Source: a virus
Taxonomy: Duplodnaviria; Caudoviricetes
Direction: 5' to 3' (one strand)
Length of the DNA stretch: 51,612 bases
IMG/VR virus record: IMGVR_UViG_3300010043_000003
Location: 1-51,612 of that record
The notes beneath the pieces are model-generated. The model saw only the letters and a list, made by a program, of their open reading frames with translations. It did no database searches and was not told the origin of the DNA. This document shows positions 41,129-49,916 of the stretch, piece by piece; the first letter of the stretch is position 1, and each line of letters begins with the position of its first letter. A program made the position numbers and the translations under genes.

Positions 41129-42166
41129 TCAGACCACGCGGGCCTCGGTGTCGAGGATCGAGTCCTGGACTCCGATCGGCACGTTGCGCCAGTTGACGAT
41201 CGGGCGGCCGGCGTAGTCGGTCGGCGACAGCAGCACGTTGCGATCGCGGATGGCCTGCACGTCGAGCGCGGCGCGCACGGTACGATCGCAATACATTTTC
41301 AGGCGGACGGCAGGCGCCATGCGGTCGGGCGCGTCGGTCTTGGTTATGCCCGACACCGTGCGGCCGGCGGTCGGGAGCCTGACGATCGCCCTCGCCATGA
41401 TGGCGAACAGGTCCGGCGGGGTGGCTCCCAGAAGCCCCGCCGTGGTGGTATCGATGTTGCACATCCTAATGATATACCTCCAGTCCTCGACGACGAGGCC
41501 GAGCTGCCACTGGAACAGCGAGGTATAAGCCTCGAAGCGCAGCATGTTGGCGTCGAAGCCGGGCACGACATCGCCCTTGTCCTGGAAATCAAGGCCGGCC
41601 CGCGAGCCGCGCGGAAACACGCCGTAAGCGGTATCCTCGCCCCAGCCGATAATCCAGAGACTGGAATTGCTCGAGCCGGTGCCGCCGCAGTCAAATATAT
41701 TGACGGCATTTTGCGCGATAACCGGATTAACCGTATTGAAATACGGCGAGAAACCCGTGAACTGCTCGGGCACCGTCCAGCTGTTGCCGTAGGTGAGCGT
41801 CGAGGACTGCTGCTGCGACATGCCCTGCATGTGCGCGATGTCCTCCTTCATCCTCATAGTCGCCTCTTGTCCGCCGAGGCGGCAGAGCTCCTTGTCGATC
41901 TGCGAATAGGTGCGCAGAAGTGACATGCCGAACTCCATCTGAGCCCGGTTGCTCTTCGTGTAGGGCGAACCCTGGTAGTAGCGGATGTACGTGCCCTTGG
42001 GCAGCGAGGTCCGCACCGTGGTGACATGCGTGGTAAGCGCGTTCGCTTCCACCATCGGCATGTCTTCGATCAGTTCGTTGCTCTGGCTGAGCAGCTCCGC
42101 CATGTCGGCGATCTTGCCGTCGGGATCGAGCGATCTCCCCAGGTCGGCGAGTGTAATAAATGCCAT
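41129..42166 (-). CDS. major capsid protein (BPP-1 Bbp17-like)
   Basis: TLADL...ELLSQSNEL.EDMP..EAN...RTSLP...FTGFSPYFN...DWRYIIRMCNID...DSILDTEARVV. Confidence 0.92.
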   Translation of the reverse strand: MAFITLADLGRSLDPDGKIADMAELLSQSNELIEDMPMVEANALTTHVTTVRTSLPKGTYIRYYQGSPYTKSNRAQMEFGMSLLRTYSQIDKELCRLGGQEATMRMKEDIAHMQGMSQQQSSTLTYGNSWTVPEQFTGFSPYFNTVNPVIAQNAVNIFDCGGTGSSNSSLWIIGWGEDTAYGVFPRGSRAGLDFQDKGDVVPGFDANMLRFEAYTSLFQWQLGLVVEDWRYIIRMCNIDTTTAGLLGATPPDLFAIMARAIVRLPTAGRTVSGITKTDAPDRMAPAVRLKMYCDRTVRAALDVQAIRDRNVLLSPTDYAGRPIVNWRNVPIGVQDSILDTEARVV

Positions 42167-42239
42167 CGTTGCGACTCCGGCGTCCAAGACGCGCGCAGAG
42201 CCAGATCGTTTAAAACCCCATGCCAGCGGGGCGGTTCAG

Positions 42240-43190
42240 CTATTCGACGCGGTCGATCGACTTGTCGTACCAGCCTCGCGAACCGGAAGCGCGTTGCGGT
42301 CTTACCGGCGCCGGGTTGGAAACCAACATGCCGTCTTCGAACACATTCAGCTGATCGGCCAGGCGCACCAGGAGACGGATGAAGGGCGGATAATTGCCCA
42401 TGCCGTTGTTGTCCACGTGCCTCAGCAACGCCGCGGCGTCCTCCGGGGAGCTGAACTCCTCGATCATGCCCTTGGCCTTGCTCAGGTTCGTATGCAACCT
42501 GTTGCCGCCGATCTCCCGGTCATTGCGAAGATCATCGCGCCACCCGGCGTTGAGGTCGTCCCAAACCTTGCGCTGGTGCGCGGTGAGCTCCCGGTGGACC
42601 CGTTCGATCTCCTTTTTGTGGAGGTCGAGCAGTCCCTGGCCGCGATCCTTGGCGGAGAGCTCGCCGTTGTTGATCAGGTCAACGAACGTCTTTGCTTCTT
42701 CCGCTTCGGCGTTGGCGCCGTCCGGCAATGACAGGTCGGTGATACTCAGCGGAGCCGGGGCCTCGGCCTTTGGGGCCTCTTTAGGCGTGGCATCCTTCGG
42801 TGCCGGGTCGGTCTCGGCCTTGGCGTCCTTGGCGGCGGAATCCTTGGGAAGACTTTGCGCCTCGGCCGGCTTTGCGTCCTGCCCTGCAGGTGCCGCGGTA
42901 TCGGCCTTTGCCTCGGTTGCCTCGGCGGCCGGAGCCGGCGTGGCGGGGGGCTTCCCCTCTGCCGAGCTGAGCAGGCTCGGCGGAGATTCAGGACTAACGG
43001 ATTCGGCGGGCGGTGTCGAGTCGACCGGGGCCGCCTGTCCACCGGCAGGCGCCTCCGCAGGCGCAGCGGCGGCCGCTGGTGCAGCTGGCGGCGGCGGCGC
43101 TGCGCCGCCGCCAGGCGCGTCGCCAGACGCGCCGGCATTGTCGTCCGGGGCCATAAACCGCGCGCGCAAAAGCCATCGGTCAATCAGCAT
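42240..43190 (-). CDS. scaffolding protein
   Basis: Pro/Ala-rich N-terminus, D.EIGG and GMGNYPPFIR motifs, directly upstream of the capsid gene. Confidence 0.8.
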   Translation of the reverse strand: MLIDRWLLRARFMAPDDNAGASGDAPGGGAAPPPPAAPAAAAAPAEAPAGGQAAPVDSTPPAESVSPESPPSLLSSAEGKPPATPAPAAEATEAKADTAAPAGQDAKPAEAQSLPKDSAAKDAKAETDPAPKDATPKEAPKAEAPAPLSITDLSLPDGANAEAEEAKTFVDLINNGELSAKDRGQGLLDLHKKEIERVHRELTAHQRKVWDDLNAGWRDDLRNDREIGGNRLHTNLSKAKGMIEEFSSPEDAAALLRHVDNNGMGNYPPFIRLLVRLADQLNVFEDGMLVSNPAPVRPQRASGSRGWYDKSIDRVE

Positions 43191-43193
43191 CGG

Positions 43194-43658
43194 TCACCCC
43201 TTCGGCGCCTCTCCGCCGGGCGGCGGCAGGTCATAGCCCTGCATCTGCATCGCGATATTCTCCTCGCCCTGACGCTTGCGCTCCTCGTCCATACGCAGGC
43301 CGACGATCCGCTCGTCTTCCTTGCGGGCCTCTACCAGCATCATCGTCATCAGGTCAGGGAAAGCCTGAATCGAACTGTAAAGCCGCAGCCCGACATTCTG
43401 CTCGCCGAGCGCAAAGGCGGTGGTGTCGGGCTGACCGGGAGCAAACGGCGAATTCCAGATGTGACAGGCCTCGAGCAGACGAAACATCCACGCGCGACCG
43501 TTGCGATGCGACAGCAGCCTTCGCAGGGTCTCGGCGTCGTCGAGCTGACGGCGCGCGTCGTCGCGCTGGGCATTGTTCTCGGCGACCGGATCGCCGGCAT
43601 CGAATGCATAGGCAGCTGCAGCTCCCCCGGTTCCGCCATTTGCCCACGTGTCGGTCAT
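43194..43658 (-). CDS. Bbp19-like protein
   Basis: LRRLLSHRNGRAWMFRLLEAC...TAFALGEQNVGL. Confidence 0.75.
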   Translation of the reverse strand: MTDTWANGGTGGAAAAYAFDAGDPVAENNAQRDDARRQLDDAETLRRLLSHRNGRAWMFRLLEACHIWNSPFAPGQPDTTAFALGEQNVGLRLYSSIQAFPDLMTMMLVEARKEDERIVGLRMDEERKRQGEENIAMQMQGYDLPPPGGEAPKG

Positions 43659-43665
43659 TCAACGC

Positions 43666-43757
43666 TCCATCGCTCTCCGGCCTGACACGCCCCCGGACCT
43701 GGCGATCAGAGGGGAATCCGCCCGAGGGGACAGGACAGATTCGCCGGGAGCGATGGA
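43666..43757 (-). ncRNA. candidate cis-regulatory three-way-junction RNA
   Basis: 14-bp closing stem plus two internal hairpins; the 3' arm overlaps the GGAG SD of the Bbp19-like gene. Confidence 0.5.
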
Positions 43758-43768
43758 TTCCGGGAAAC

Positions 43769-44281
43769 TCAATGCCTCACGTAACCGCCCGGCCCCAGCA
43801 ACGGGTGGACGGTCCGCACCGACTTCGGCGAGCGCACATTGCGCTCCAGCCGCTCGAGCTCGCGGGCGACGTTCGACCACATCAGGTCCATGCGGTGGCA
43901 CGTAGCAAGCTGGCGGGCGCCGCCCGTCGCCTGCACGAGACCCTCGCGCAGCCGGCGGTACGCGACCCGCCATGCCAGTGGCGCGCCGCGTACCTCGGCT
44001 GTCGGCGATGCGCGTCCCACATCGTCGAGGCCTGCGCGCTGGATACAGATGCGCCGGCACGCATCGAGGTTGTGGGCAAGGCGCTTGCGATTGTCGACGC
44101 CCGCCGCGGTCGTCTCCCAGCCGGCGAGGTGCATGCAGGCCTCCGCGGCGATGCGCAGGCCGTCGATCACGCGCTCGTAGCTCTGCCGCTCGATCATCAG
44201 CGAACCCTGACGCACGGGATCGCCGTTGGCATCGAGCAGGATGCCAGGGCCCTCGTCGTCGTCGGGGCGGTCGGTGGTCAC
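43769..44281 (-). CDS. hypothetical protein with an internal duplication
   Basis: RVIDGLRIAAEACMHLA / RLREGLVQATGGARQLA. Confidence 0.6.
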   Translation of the reverse strand: MTTDRPDDDEGPGILLDANGDPVRQGSLMIERQSYERVIDGLRIAAEACMHLAGWETTAAGVDNRKRLAHNLDACRRICIQRAGLDDVGRASPTAEVRGAPLAWRVAYRRLREGLVQATGGARQLATCHRMDLMWSNVARELERLERNVRSPKSVRTVHPLLGPGGYVRH

Positions 44282-44730
44282 GGGAGTGTGCCCACGACAC
44301 CGAGGGCCTGAATAAGGATGCGGCGCTCCAAGGCGGTTGAGAAAGGATAATGCTCGATCAGATCGGCAAGCGCCCTGGCGGCCGCAGAACGCATTTCGAC
44401 AAGCTTAGTCGGCGGCGAGGTGACGATCGTCAGCGGCCGGGCGGCGGAGGCTTCAGTCAGCATCGACTCCATGTCATGCAACGCCGCGAGGTTAGGCGCG
44501 TCAGCCGGGCTGCCGACGATCGGAGATCCGCTAAGGGCGTGGGCCTTCGCGGCCAGCGCCTCGAGGTAGCGCTTGCTCGCCTCCGGCACCGGCTCGCCGA
44601 CGTCCTTCGGCCCGACCCAGGTGCCCTTGTCGGGCAGCTTGCGCTTGATCGGCTGCACCGTCTGGCCTCCTTGGCCGTGCCGGCGATCGATGTGGCTGAC
44701 AGTCTCGCCTTCAGGTCCTACCAGTGCCAT
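44278..44730 (-). CDS. hypothetical protein
   Basis: SD AAGGAGG before MALVGPEG. Confidence 0.55.
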   Translation of the reverse strand: MALVGPEGETVSHIDRRHGQGGQTVQPIKRKLPDKGTWVGPKDVGEPVPEASKRYLEALAAKAHALSGSPIVGSPADAPNLAALHDMESMLTEASAARPLTIVTSPPTKLVEMRSAAARALADLIEHYPFSTALERRILIQALGVVGTLP

Positions 44731-45043
44731 CTGTCCTCCTTGAGGAATATGAGGGATCTTGGGAGTTGCGGCGGAAGCGCTCATCCCAATTGCTACGCAG
44801 TTGCTCGTTCTCGTCGCAGAGACGGTTTGCGTCTTTGGCTTGCGCCTCCACCAGCTCACGCAGCCGCTCGATTTCATCAGCGGACTCCGCCATCAGCTCG
44901 GTCGACGAATGTAGATCGCCGCGCACCGCGCCCCGCAGCCGGTCAACAATGTCACTCACTGCCGGTTCTTTCACCTGCATCGGCGGCACATAACGCCGTT
45001 CCACTTCGCGCAGCCGCTCAATCTCGTCGGCGGCGTCGCGCAT
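44711..45043 (-). CDS. AADEIERLR-motif coiled-coil protein
   Basis: DAADEIERLR and DIVDRLR...SADEIERLR; start uncertain. Confidence 0.55.
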   Translation of the reverse strand: MRDAADEIERLREVERRYVPPMQVKEPAVSDIVDRLRGAVRGDLHSSTELMAESADEIERLRELVEAQAKDANRLCDENEQLRSNWDERFRRNSQDPSYSSRRTDGTGRT

Positions 45044-45115
45044 AGCTATTTGCTCGGCTGACGCCGGCCTCGGCCGAGGTCGAAAAACACACAAGGCCGA
45101 CGAGGAGAAGAGACC

Positions 45116-46987
45116 TCACTGCGGCAGCCCGGTCTGGCCCGGCGCCTGGCCGCCGAATCCCGACATCAGATTGATGGCGTTCTGCATGCCGCCCGGATCG
45201 ATCTCGCTTGCGTCCTTGGCGGCCTTGGCGACGCCCGGCGCCTGGGCTGCCGCCTGCATCGCCTGCTGCTGCTGGATCGCCTTGGTCTGGGCCGCGAGCC
45301 GCGCCTTGCGCAGCTGCGCCACGTCCTGCTCGGAGCGCAGGCAGTCCTTCGGGAAGTTGCTGATGTCAAGATAGCGCCGCGCCGTCTTGTCGATGTCGAT
45401 ATTGTCGTCGGGATGCGCCTCGGGATAGGCGGCCTTGAGCTGGGTCACGACCGAGAGCGCCTTTTCCATCACCGCGGTCTCGGCGGCCCGCTGCGCCACC
45501 CGGATCATCGAATCGAATTCGATCTCGAGCGGCACGCCGAGCAGCGACGGCGGCTTGGGCAGCAGCAGCCGGCGCCGCGCCATGATCTCGCATACTCGGC
45601 GGATGTCGTCGGCGAGCTCACGCTCGACGTTTTCAACGACAGGGCCGAGCCGCTGCAGCTTCTCGCCGCGGCGCTCGGCGATTTCGAGTTCGTTGCGCGG
45701 CTGAATACCCTCCAGATTATCCAACATCATAAACGCATCGTTGAAAAACCATTTCTGGATGCGCCCCTGAATCTGGCCGATCAGCGCCGTCATGTGCTCG
45801 ACGTCGAAGCGCAGGTCGTAGATCGACTTCATGCCCTTCGAGATGTCGTTCACGTAGGTGACCTTGCCGGGCAGGATCGATGACGGCTGGTTCTTCATGC
45901 CGACGTCCGCCAGGAGCGGAGGCCTGACCATCTTCTCGATCGCCTCGGCCTGGCGCAGCGTCATCATGTGCAGCTGCATGATGTCGGGCAGCGCGTCCAT
46001 GCCGACGCTGCGGCCGTAGGCGTCGTTCGACAGCACCGTCCACCGCGGCACGATGAACGGTTTAGACCGAAAGCCGCGCACCGACAGCGGCCGCGGCGAG
46101 AATTTCGCCCACTCCCAGAAATATTCGCGGTAGGTAAAGCCTCCCGGCACCACGCCGAGGTTAGCGTCGCCCATGCCGGGCATCTGCAGCGAGAAATTAG
46201 GCTCGATCGCGTGGGCGACGACCACCTCGGTCTCAAGCGAGGCGCCCTTGTTCTCCCACAAGGTCTGAACCTGTTCGCTGCAGTTCTCCAGGCCGAACCG
46301 GTCAACGGTCTGATGCGCGGTCTGCACGAAGGTCCGGTAAAACGAGTTCACTCTGCCGTCGCCGCCGGCGCCGAGGTAATACTCACCGGCACACGGGTTG
46401 TAGCAGCGGATGACGTCCTTGCGGTCCTCGTACATGATCTTCGGCGCGGTACCGAACACCACAAGGTCCTCAAACATCTGCGTGCCGGAATTGTAATAGT
46501 TGGAGCCCGACAGCACCTGATAGACGCGCCGCACCGTGTCCTGAAACCACAACTCGGCGGCCCGGTCGGGCCGGAACACTTCGAGCGACGGCTTGATGGT
46601 GAACCACGGCCGCGAGCTCGACATCAAACCCGACCGCATGCCGGCGACGCATACACTGACGGCCTGGGCTCCCGTCGGGTCCTTGATCGACTGGTTGATC
46701 GCCAGGCCGCGGTTCATCGTGTTGGGCGTAATCAGCCAATGATAGCGGCGCGGAAGGATCGCCTCGGCCAGCCTCGACCAGTGCTGCCACCACGAAAGCC
46801 GCCAGTTGCGCAGACCGTAGAGGCGGGCCTCAAGCTGCAGGCGCACCTCCTGCCAGTCGGGCTTGTCCTCATACCACTTGCTGCGCGGCAGCGGCTGCGC
46901 GGTGGCGAGGAGGGCGTCGTCGGCATACTCGTAATGCGCCAGCAGCTGCTGGTCGAACTTCCGAGAGAAATCAGCCGGGCGATACAT
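45116..46987 (-). CDS. portal (head-tail connector) protein
   Basis: SSRPWF, DLVVFGTA, PRW...YGRS.GMDALPD, RRGEKLQRLGPV. Confidence 0.95.
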   Translation of the reverse strand: MYRPADFSRKFDQQLLAHYEYADDALLATAQPLPRSKWYEDKPDWQEVRLQLEARLYGLRNWRLSWWQHWSRLAEAILPRRYHWLITPNTMNRGLAINQSIKDPTGAQAVSVCVAGMRSGLMSSSRPWFTIKPSLEVFRPDRAAELWFQDTVRRVYQVLSGSNYYNSGTQMFEDLVVFGTAPKIMYEDRKDVIRCYNPCAGEYYLGAGGDGRVNSFYRTFVQTAHQTVDRFGLENCSEQVQTLWENKGASLETEVVVAHAIEPNFSLQMPGMGDANLGVVPGGFTYREYFWEWAKFSPRPLSVRGFRSKPFIVPRWTVLSNDAYGRSVGMDALPDIMQLHMMTLRQAEAIEKMVRPPLLADVGMKNQPSSILPGKVTYVNDISKGMKSIYDLRFDVEHMTALIGQIQGRIQKWFFNDAFMMLDNLEGIQPRNELEIAERRGEKLQRLGPVVENVERELADDIRRVCEIMARRRLLLPKPPSLLGVPLEIEFDSMIRVAQRAAETAVMEKALSVVTQLKAAYPEAHPDDNIDIDKTARRYLDISNFPKDCLRSEQDVAQLRKARLAAQTKAIQQQQAMQAAAQAPGVAKAAKDASEIDPGGMQNAINLMSGFGGQAPGQTGLPQ

Positions 46988-46988
46988 G

Positions 46989-47219
46989 TCAGGTAAGCCC
47001 GATACCGGCACCGCCGGCACCGGCGAGGGCCGGATTCGCGGTCGCCACCTGCTGGCGGATCTGGTTGGGGCCCGTGGTCAGGTTCGTGCCGCCCTTCGCG
47101 GTGCCGGGCCGCTGCGCCTGCATCTGCATCATGCCGGCCGACGCGAAGGTCGGCGGATTGGCGCCGGGCGGCGGAGGCGGCGGAGGCGGCGGAGCGGGAG
47201 GAGCGGAGAACAAACCCAT
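46989..47219 (-). CDS. small Pro-rich pre-portal protein
   Basis: MGLFSAPPAPPPPPPPPPG...TNLTTG, in the typical position before the portal in T7/BPP-1-like phages. Confidence 0.65.
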   Translation of the reverse strand: MGLFSAPPAPPPPPPPPPGANPPTFASAGMMQMQAQRPGTAKGGTNLTTGPNQIRQQVATANPALAGAGGAGIGLT

Positions 47220-47224
47220 CGGGA

Positions 47225-47524
47225 TCACCACACGAGGAGGAGGCCTGCGGCTGCTCCGCAGACGATCGAGAGGCAGTTGAAGGCGACGCCGACCACGTTG
47301 AACCGCAACGTGTAAGCGGCGCAGCTGAGATAGACGACGCCGACGCTGGCCGCGGCGAGTTCCGCCGCGGCCAGGCGCTCGAGGCGGAGGGCGGCCACGA
47401 ACACCAGAACCAGATAGAGCGCGCCGTGGGTCAGGCAGCCGATCGCGGCAAGCTGCAGAAATTTCCTGGGCGGCAGGCCGTCCTCGATCGCGGCTTTAAG
47501 GAATCGCTCGGGGTCCATCAGCAC
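47225..47524 (-). CDS. membrane protein
   Basis: Three hydrophobic segments; SD GAGAGG region. Confidence 0.55.
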   Translation of the reverse strand: MLMDPERFLKAAIEDGLPPRKFLQLAAIGCLTHGALYLVLVFVAALRLERLAAAELAAASVGVVYLSCAAYTLRFNVVGVAFNCLSIVCGAAAGLLLVW

Positions 47525-47527
47525 CTC

Positions 47528-47812
47528 TCAGTACTTCAGCGGATCGTAATCGACCTCGTGCATGGTCTTGCGGCGCTCGATGATCCGCAGCTCGACGTCG
47601 ATGCGCTCCGCGAGCGTCAGTGTGCGCATGCGCTCGGCGATCAGCGCGTCGTATTCGGGCTCGTTCGTCCACAGCGGCTTGGGCGTGTCGGCGACCAGCT
47701 GGTCATGCACGAGCTCGCGCTGCTCGCGATCGGCCTCGCCCTGGCCGGCCGGCAGAGCGTTACCGTCGGGCAACCGATCGCGGCCGGGCTGGTAGAGGGC
47801 GCGCGTAGTCAT
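47528..47812 (-). CDS. hypothetical protein ending in a TerL-like DYDPL motif
   Basis: ...HEVDYDPLKY. Confidence 0.6.
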   Translation of the reverse strand: MTTRALYQPGRDRLPDGNALPAGQGEADREQRELVHDQLVADTPKPLWTNEPEYDALIAERMRTLTLAERIDVELRIIERRKTMHEVDYDPLKY

Positions 47813-47825
47813 TAGGGGAGTCCGC

Positions 47826-48581
47826 TCAACGCCCCCACCCCAGCGGATCGTAGTCGCTCTCGTGACCGGGCGTCGCCCCGCGATGCGACCACATCGACGC
47901 CGGCCGCACCGCGGCGCGCTTGAGACCGGACAGCACGATATAGCGCATGGTGTCCATCAGGTGATCGGCCTGACCGTCCTTGACCCGGCCCTTGTCGTCC
48001 CTATGGTAGAAACGGTATTCTTGCAGCCAGTTTTGCAGCGTGCGGAACGCCTTCATCCGGCCGGTCGACAGGCGAATCCAGCACTCGTGAATGCCGGCCT
48101 CGAGGTCGTTGCGGGCCGGTGCCAGGTGCTCGAGGCCGAGCCGCTTGTAGATCTCGATCAGCTGCTCGCCGTCCTTCTGGCCGCGGCCGCGCGCGGCAGG
48201 ATCGATCACGCCGGGAATCCACTTGCCCCGCGCCAGGATCGCGTTCGCGTGGATCGGCGGCTCGGCGTCGCCGCGGTAGTGCTCCGAGTAGAGGTAGACA
48301 ATATCGGTATTAGCATCGCAGGCGGCCCACAGCGCCGCGGTGCGGTTCCAGCCGACGTCGAGCGCGTAGCACTGCGGCATCCAGTCCGGGATCTCGAACG
48401 GATCGCAAAGGACGTAGTCCTCCGCCACCGGATAGATCGCCCCGGCACCGAGCAGCGGCAGGCCCTTCGAGCGCGCCTCGCGCTGGTAGGGCTGGTACGC
48501 AGCGAGCTGGCTCGCCTTCTCCTCCTCGGAGAGGTGCGGGACGTGGTCCCAGCCGGCGTTGACGGTGTACTTGCCGCTCAT
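47826..48581 (-). CDS. terminase large subunit, C-terminal nuclease part
   Basis: AGWDHVPHL...REARSKG.P.LGAGAIYP, ALDVGWN, IDPAARGR, DHLMDTMRY. Confidence 0.9.
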   Translation of the reverse strand: MSGKYTVNAGWDHVPHLSEEEKASQLAAYQPYQREARSKGLPLLGAGAIYPVAEDYVLCDPFEIPDWMPQCYALDVGWNRTAALWAACDANTDIVYLYSEHYRGDAEPPIHANAILARGKWIPGVIDPAARGRGQKDGEQLIEIYKRLGLEHLAPARNDLEAGIHECWIRLSTGRMKAFRTLQNWLQEYRFYHRDDKGRVKDGQADHLMDTMRYIVLSGLKRAAVRPASMWSHRGATPGHESDYDPLGWGR

Positions 48582-48593
48582 ATACTCGCACCC

Positions 48594-48839
48594 ATGATAA
48601 AACCCGATACCGTCGATCTCGAAGACATCGTCACCCGGCTGCGCACTGACCGTAATGGTCGCGTGTACTGCGATGAACTTGTGAATGCTGCCGCCGACGA
48701 AATCGAGCGGCTGCGCGCCTCACAGCTGCGCGGTTACAGGGAGTGCAGCGAGGAAATAAAAAAGCTGCAAGACGAGATCGAGCAGCTGCGCCGGGTTATC
48801 GACAAGACGGAGCCCGATCCGCCTCCACCTCCGGCTTGA
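48594..48839 (+). CDS. antisense-oriented AADEIERLR-motif protein
   Basis: DIVTRLR...AAADEIERLR, a paralogous motif to 44711..45043. Confidence 0.6.
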   Translation: MIKPDTVDLEDIVTRLRTDRNGRVYCDELVNAAADEIERLRASQLRGYRECSEEIKKLQDEIEQLRRVIDKTEPDPPPPPA

Positions 48840-49215
48840 ACCGGCAGAACGGGTCGGCATCGCCGATCCGATAGTCGCAGGTCAGCTCTTCCCCCTCCGC
48901 GATGTCGCGCAGTGCATGGTGTGTTTGGCGCGGGTCCCACGCCGGCGCCACCGCCGCCACGTTGGGGTCGTCTGAATGGTTCATGAATCGCGCATTGTCA
49001 GAACACAAAACCAGGCAGCCGGTCTCGGGGTCGAGCTGCGAGTAGGTGTCGAGAAAATCGGGATCGTACATCTTGTGCGCAAAGCTCACCGGCAGCACCA
49101 GGTCGAAGTTCGGCACGAAGCGCCACACCGGCTTGCCCTCGGCAATGAACTGCCGCGCGAAGCAGCCGATACCAGCGATCTTACTTGGCGCCAGATAGGT
49201 GCGCACAAGCAGCAT
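48796..49215 (-). CDS. SET-domain protein-lysine methyltransferase
   Basis: SKIAGIGCFA...I.EG, ARFMNHSDDPN, ALRDIAEGEELTCDY. Confidence 0.9.
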   Translation of the reverse strand: MLLVRTYLAPSKIAGIGCFARQFIAEGKPVWRFVPNFDLVLPVSFAHKMYDPDFLDTYSQLDPETGCLVLCSDNARFMNHSDDPNVAAVAPAWDPRQTHHALRDIAEGEELTCDYRIGDADPFCRFKPEVEADRAPSCR

Positions 49216-49420
49216 CGGCTATTTCGTCTTTGCGGGCCGCAAGCAGGCTCCAATTCGGTTGCAGCCGCACCTGCGGATTAGGAACGCTCCAGCATTCGCC
49301 GGTCGCATTGAGGAACACGACCCATAACAGATCGTGCTCCTGGCCGTAGTCGATGACGAAATGCGCCCAGCCATCGCCCCTCGGCGTGTTTAACGGCAAC
49401 GGCGGATCGAGCTGCAGCAA
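49181..49420 (-). CDS. hypothetical protein
   Basis: LQLDPPLPLNTPRG.G.AHFVIDYGQEHDLLWVVF...GECW; TTG start assumed. Confidence 0.6.
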   Translation of the reverse strand: MLQLDPPLPLNTPRGDGWAHFVIDYGQEHDLLWVVFLNATGECWSVPNPQVRLQPNWSLLAARKDEIADAACAHLSGAK

Positions 49421-49424
49421 CCGA

Positions 49425-49796
49425 TCAGCTCGAGCCAAGCACCGGCGAACCGGGGTCATTTGGCGACGGCATCGACACCGAGCCGTCGGACGGTACCGGG
49501 GCCGAACCGTTGGCGCTAGGCGGCGGGCTCGCCGTGATCGAGATGTCGGTTTCTGGCTGGTGATACAGGATGTCGATCGCGTCATCCCACAGGCTGTGCC
49601 AGCTGATACGATCGTCGTCATCCCAGTGCGACCCGATCGGCGGCATCAACGCAAGAATTGCCGCAAACAACGGATGCGACAGCGCGGGCGCGCCGGCCGG
49701 CACGGCCGAGGCGGCCGAGATCGTGTTAGCGGCCTGAGTAACAACGGCCGCAGTCGAGGCCGGCGCCGGCGCGCCGGGACTTGCAGGCATGCTCAT
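49425..49796 (-). CDS. hypothetical protein
   Basis: SD AGGAGG; HPLFAAIL.LMPPIG..W...R..W...ILY core. Confidence 0.6.
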   Translation of the reverse strand: MSMPASPGAPAPASTAAVVTQAANTISAASAVPAGAPALSHPLFAAILALMPPIGSHWDDDDRISWHSLWDDAIDILYHQPETDISITASPPPSANGSAPVPSDGSVSMPSPNDPGSPVLGSS

Positions 49797-49916
49797 AACA
49801 AAACCCTCCTGTTTTGAAGTTTACCAATGCAAGTAAATCATCTTTCGATGACAGATCGGCATCAGGTCCGCATACAACCCGCCGGTCCTGCACGCCGCGC
49901 TTGCTCGTCAGCACCG

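Noticed and set aside
48582-49916. Group I/II intron or intein in terL
   Set aside because: No homing endonuclease, RT or recognisable core elements; the interval is filled with ordinary ORFs. It cannot be fully excluded without RT-PCR.
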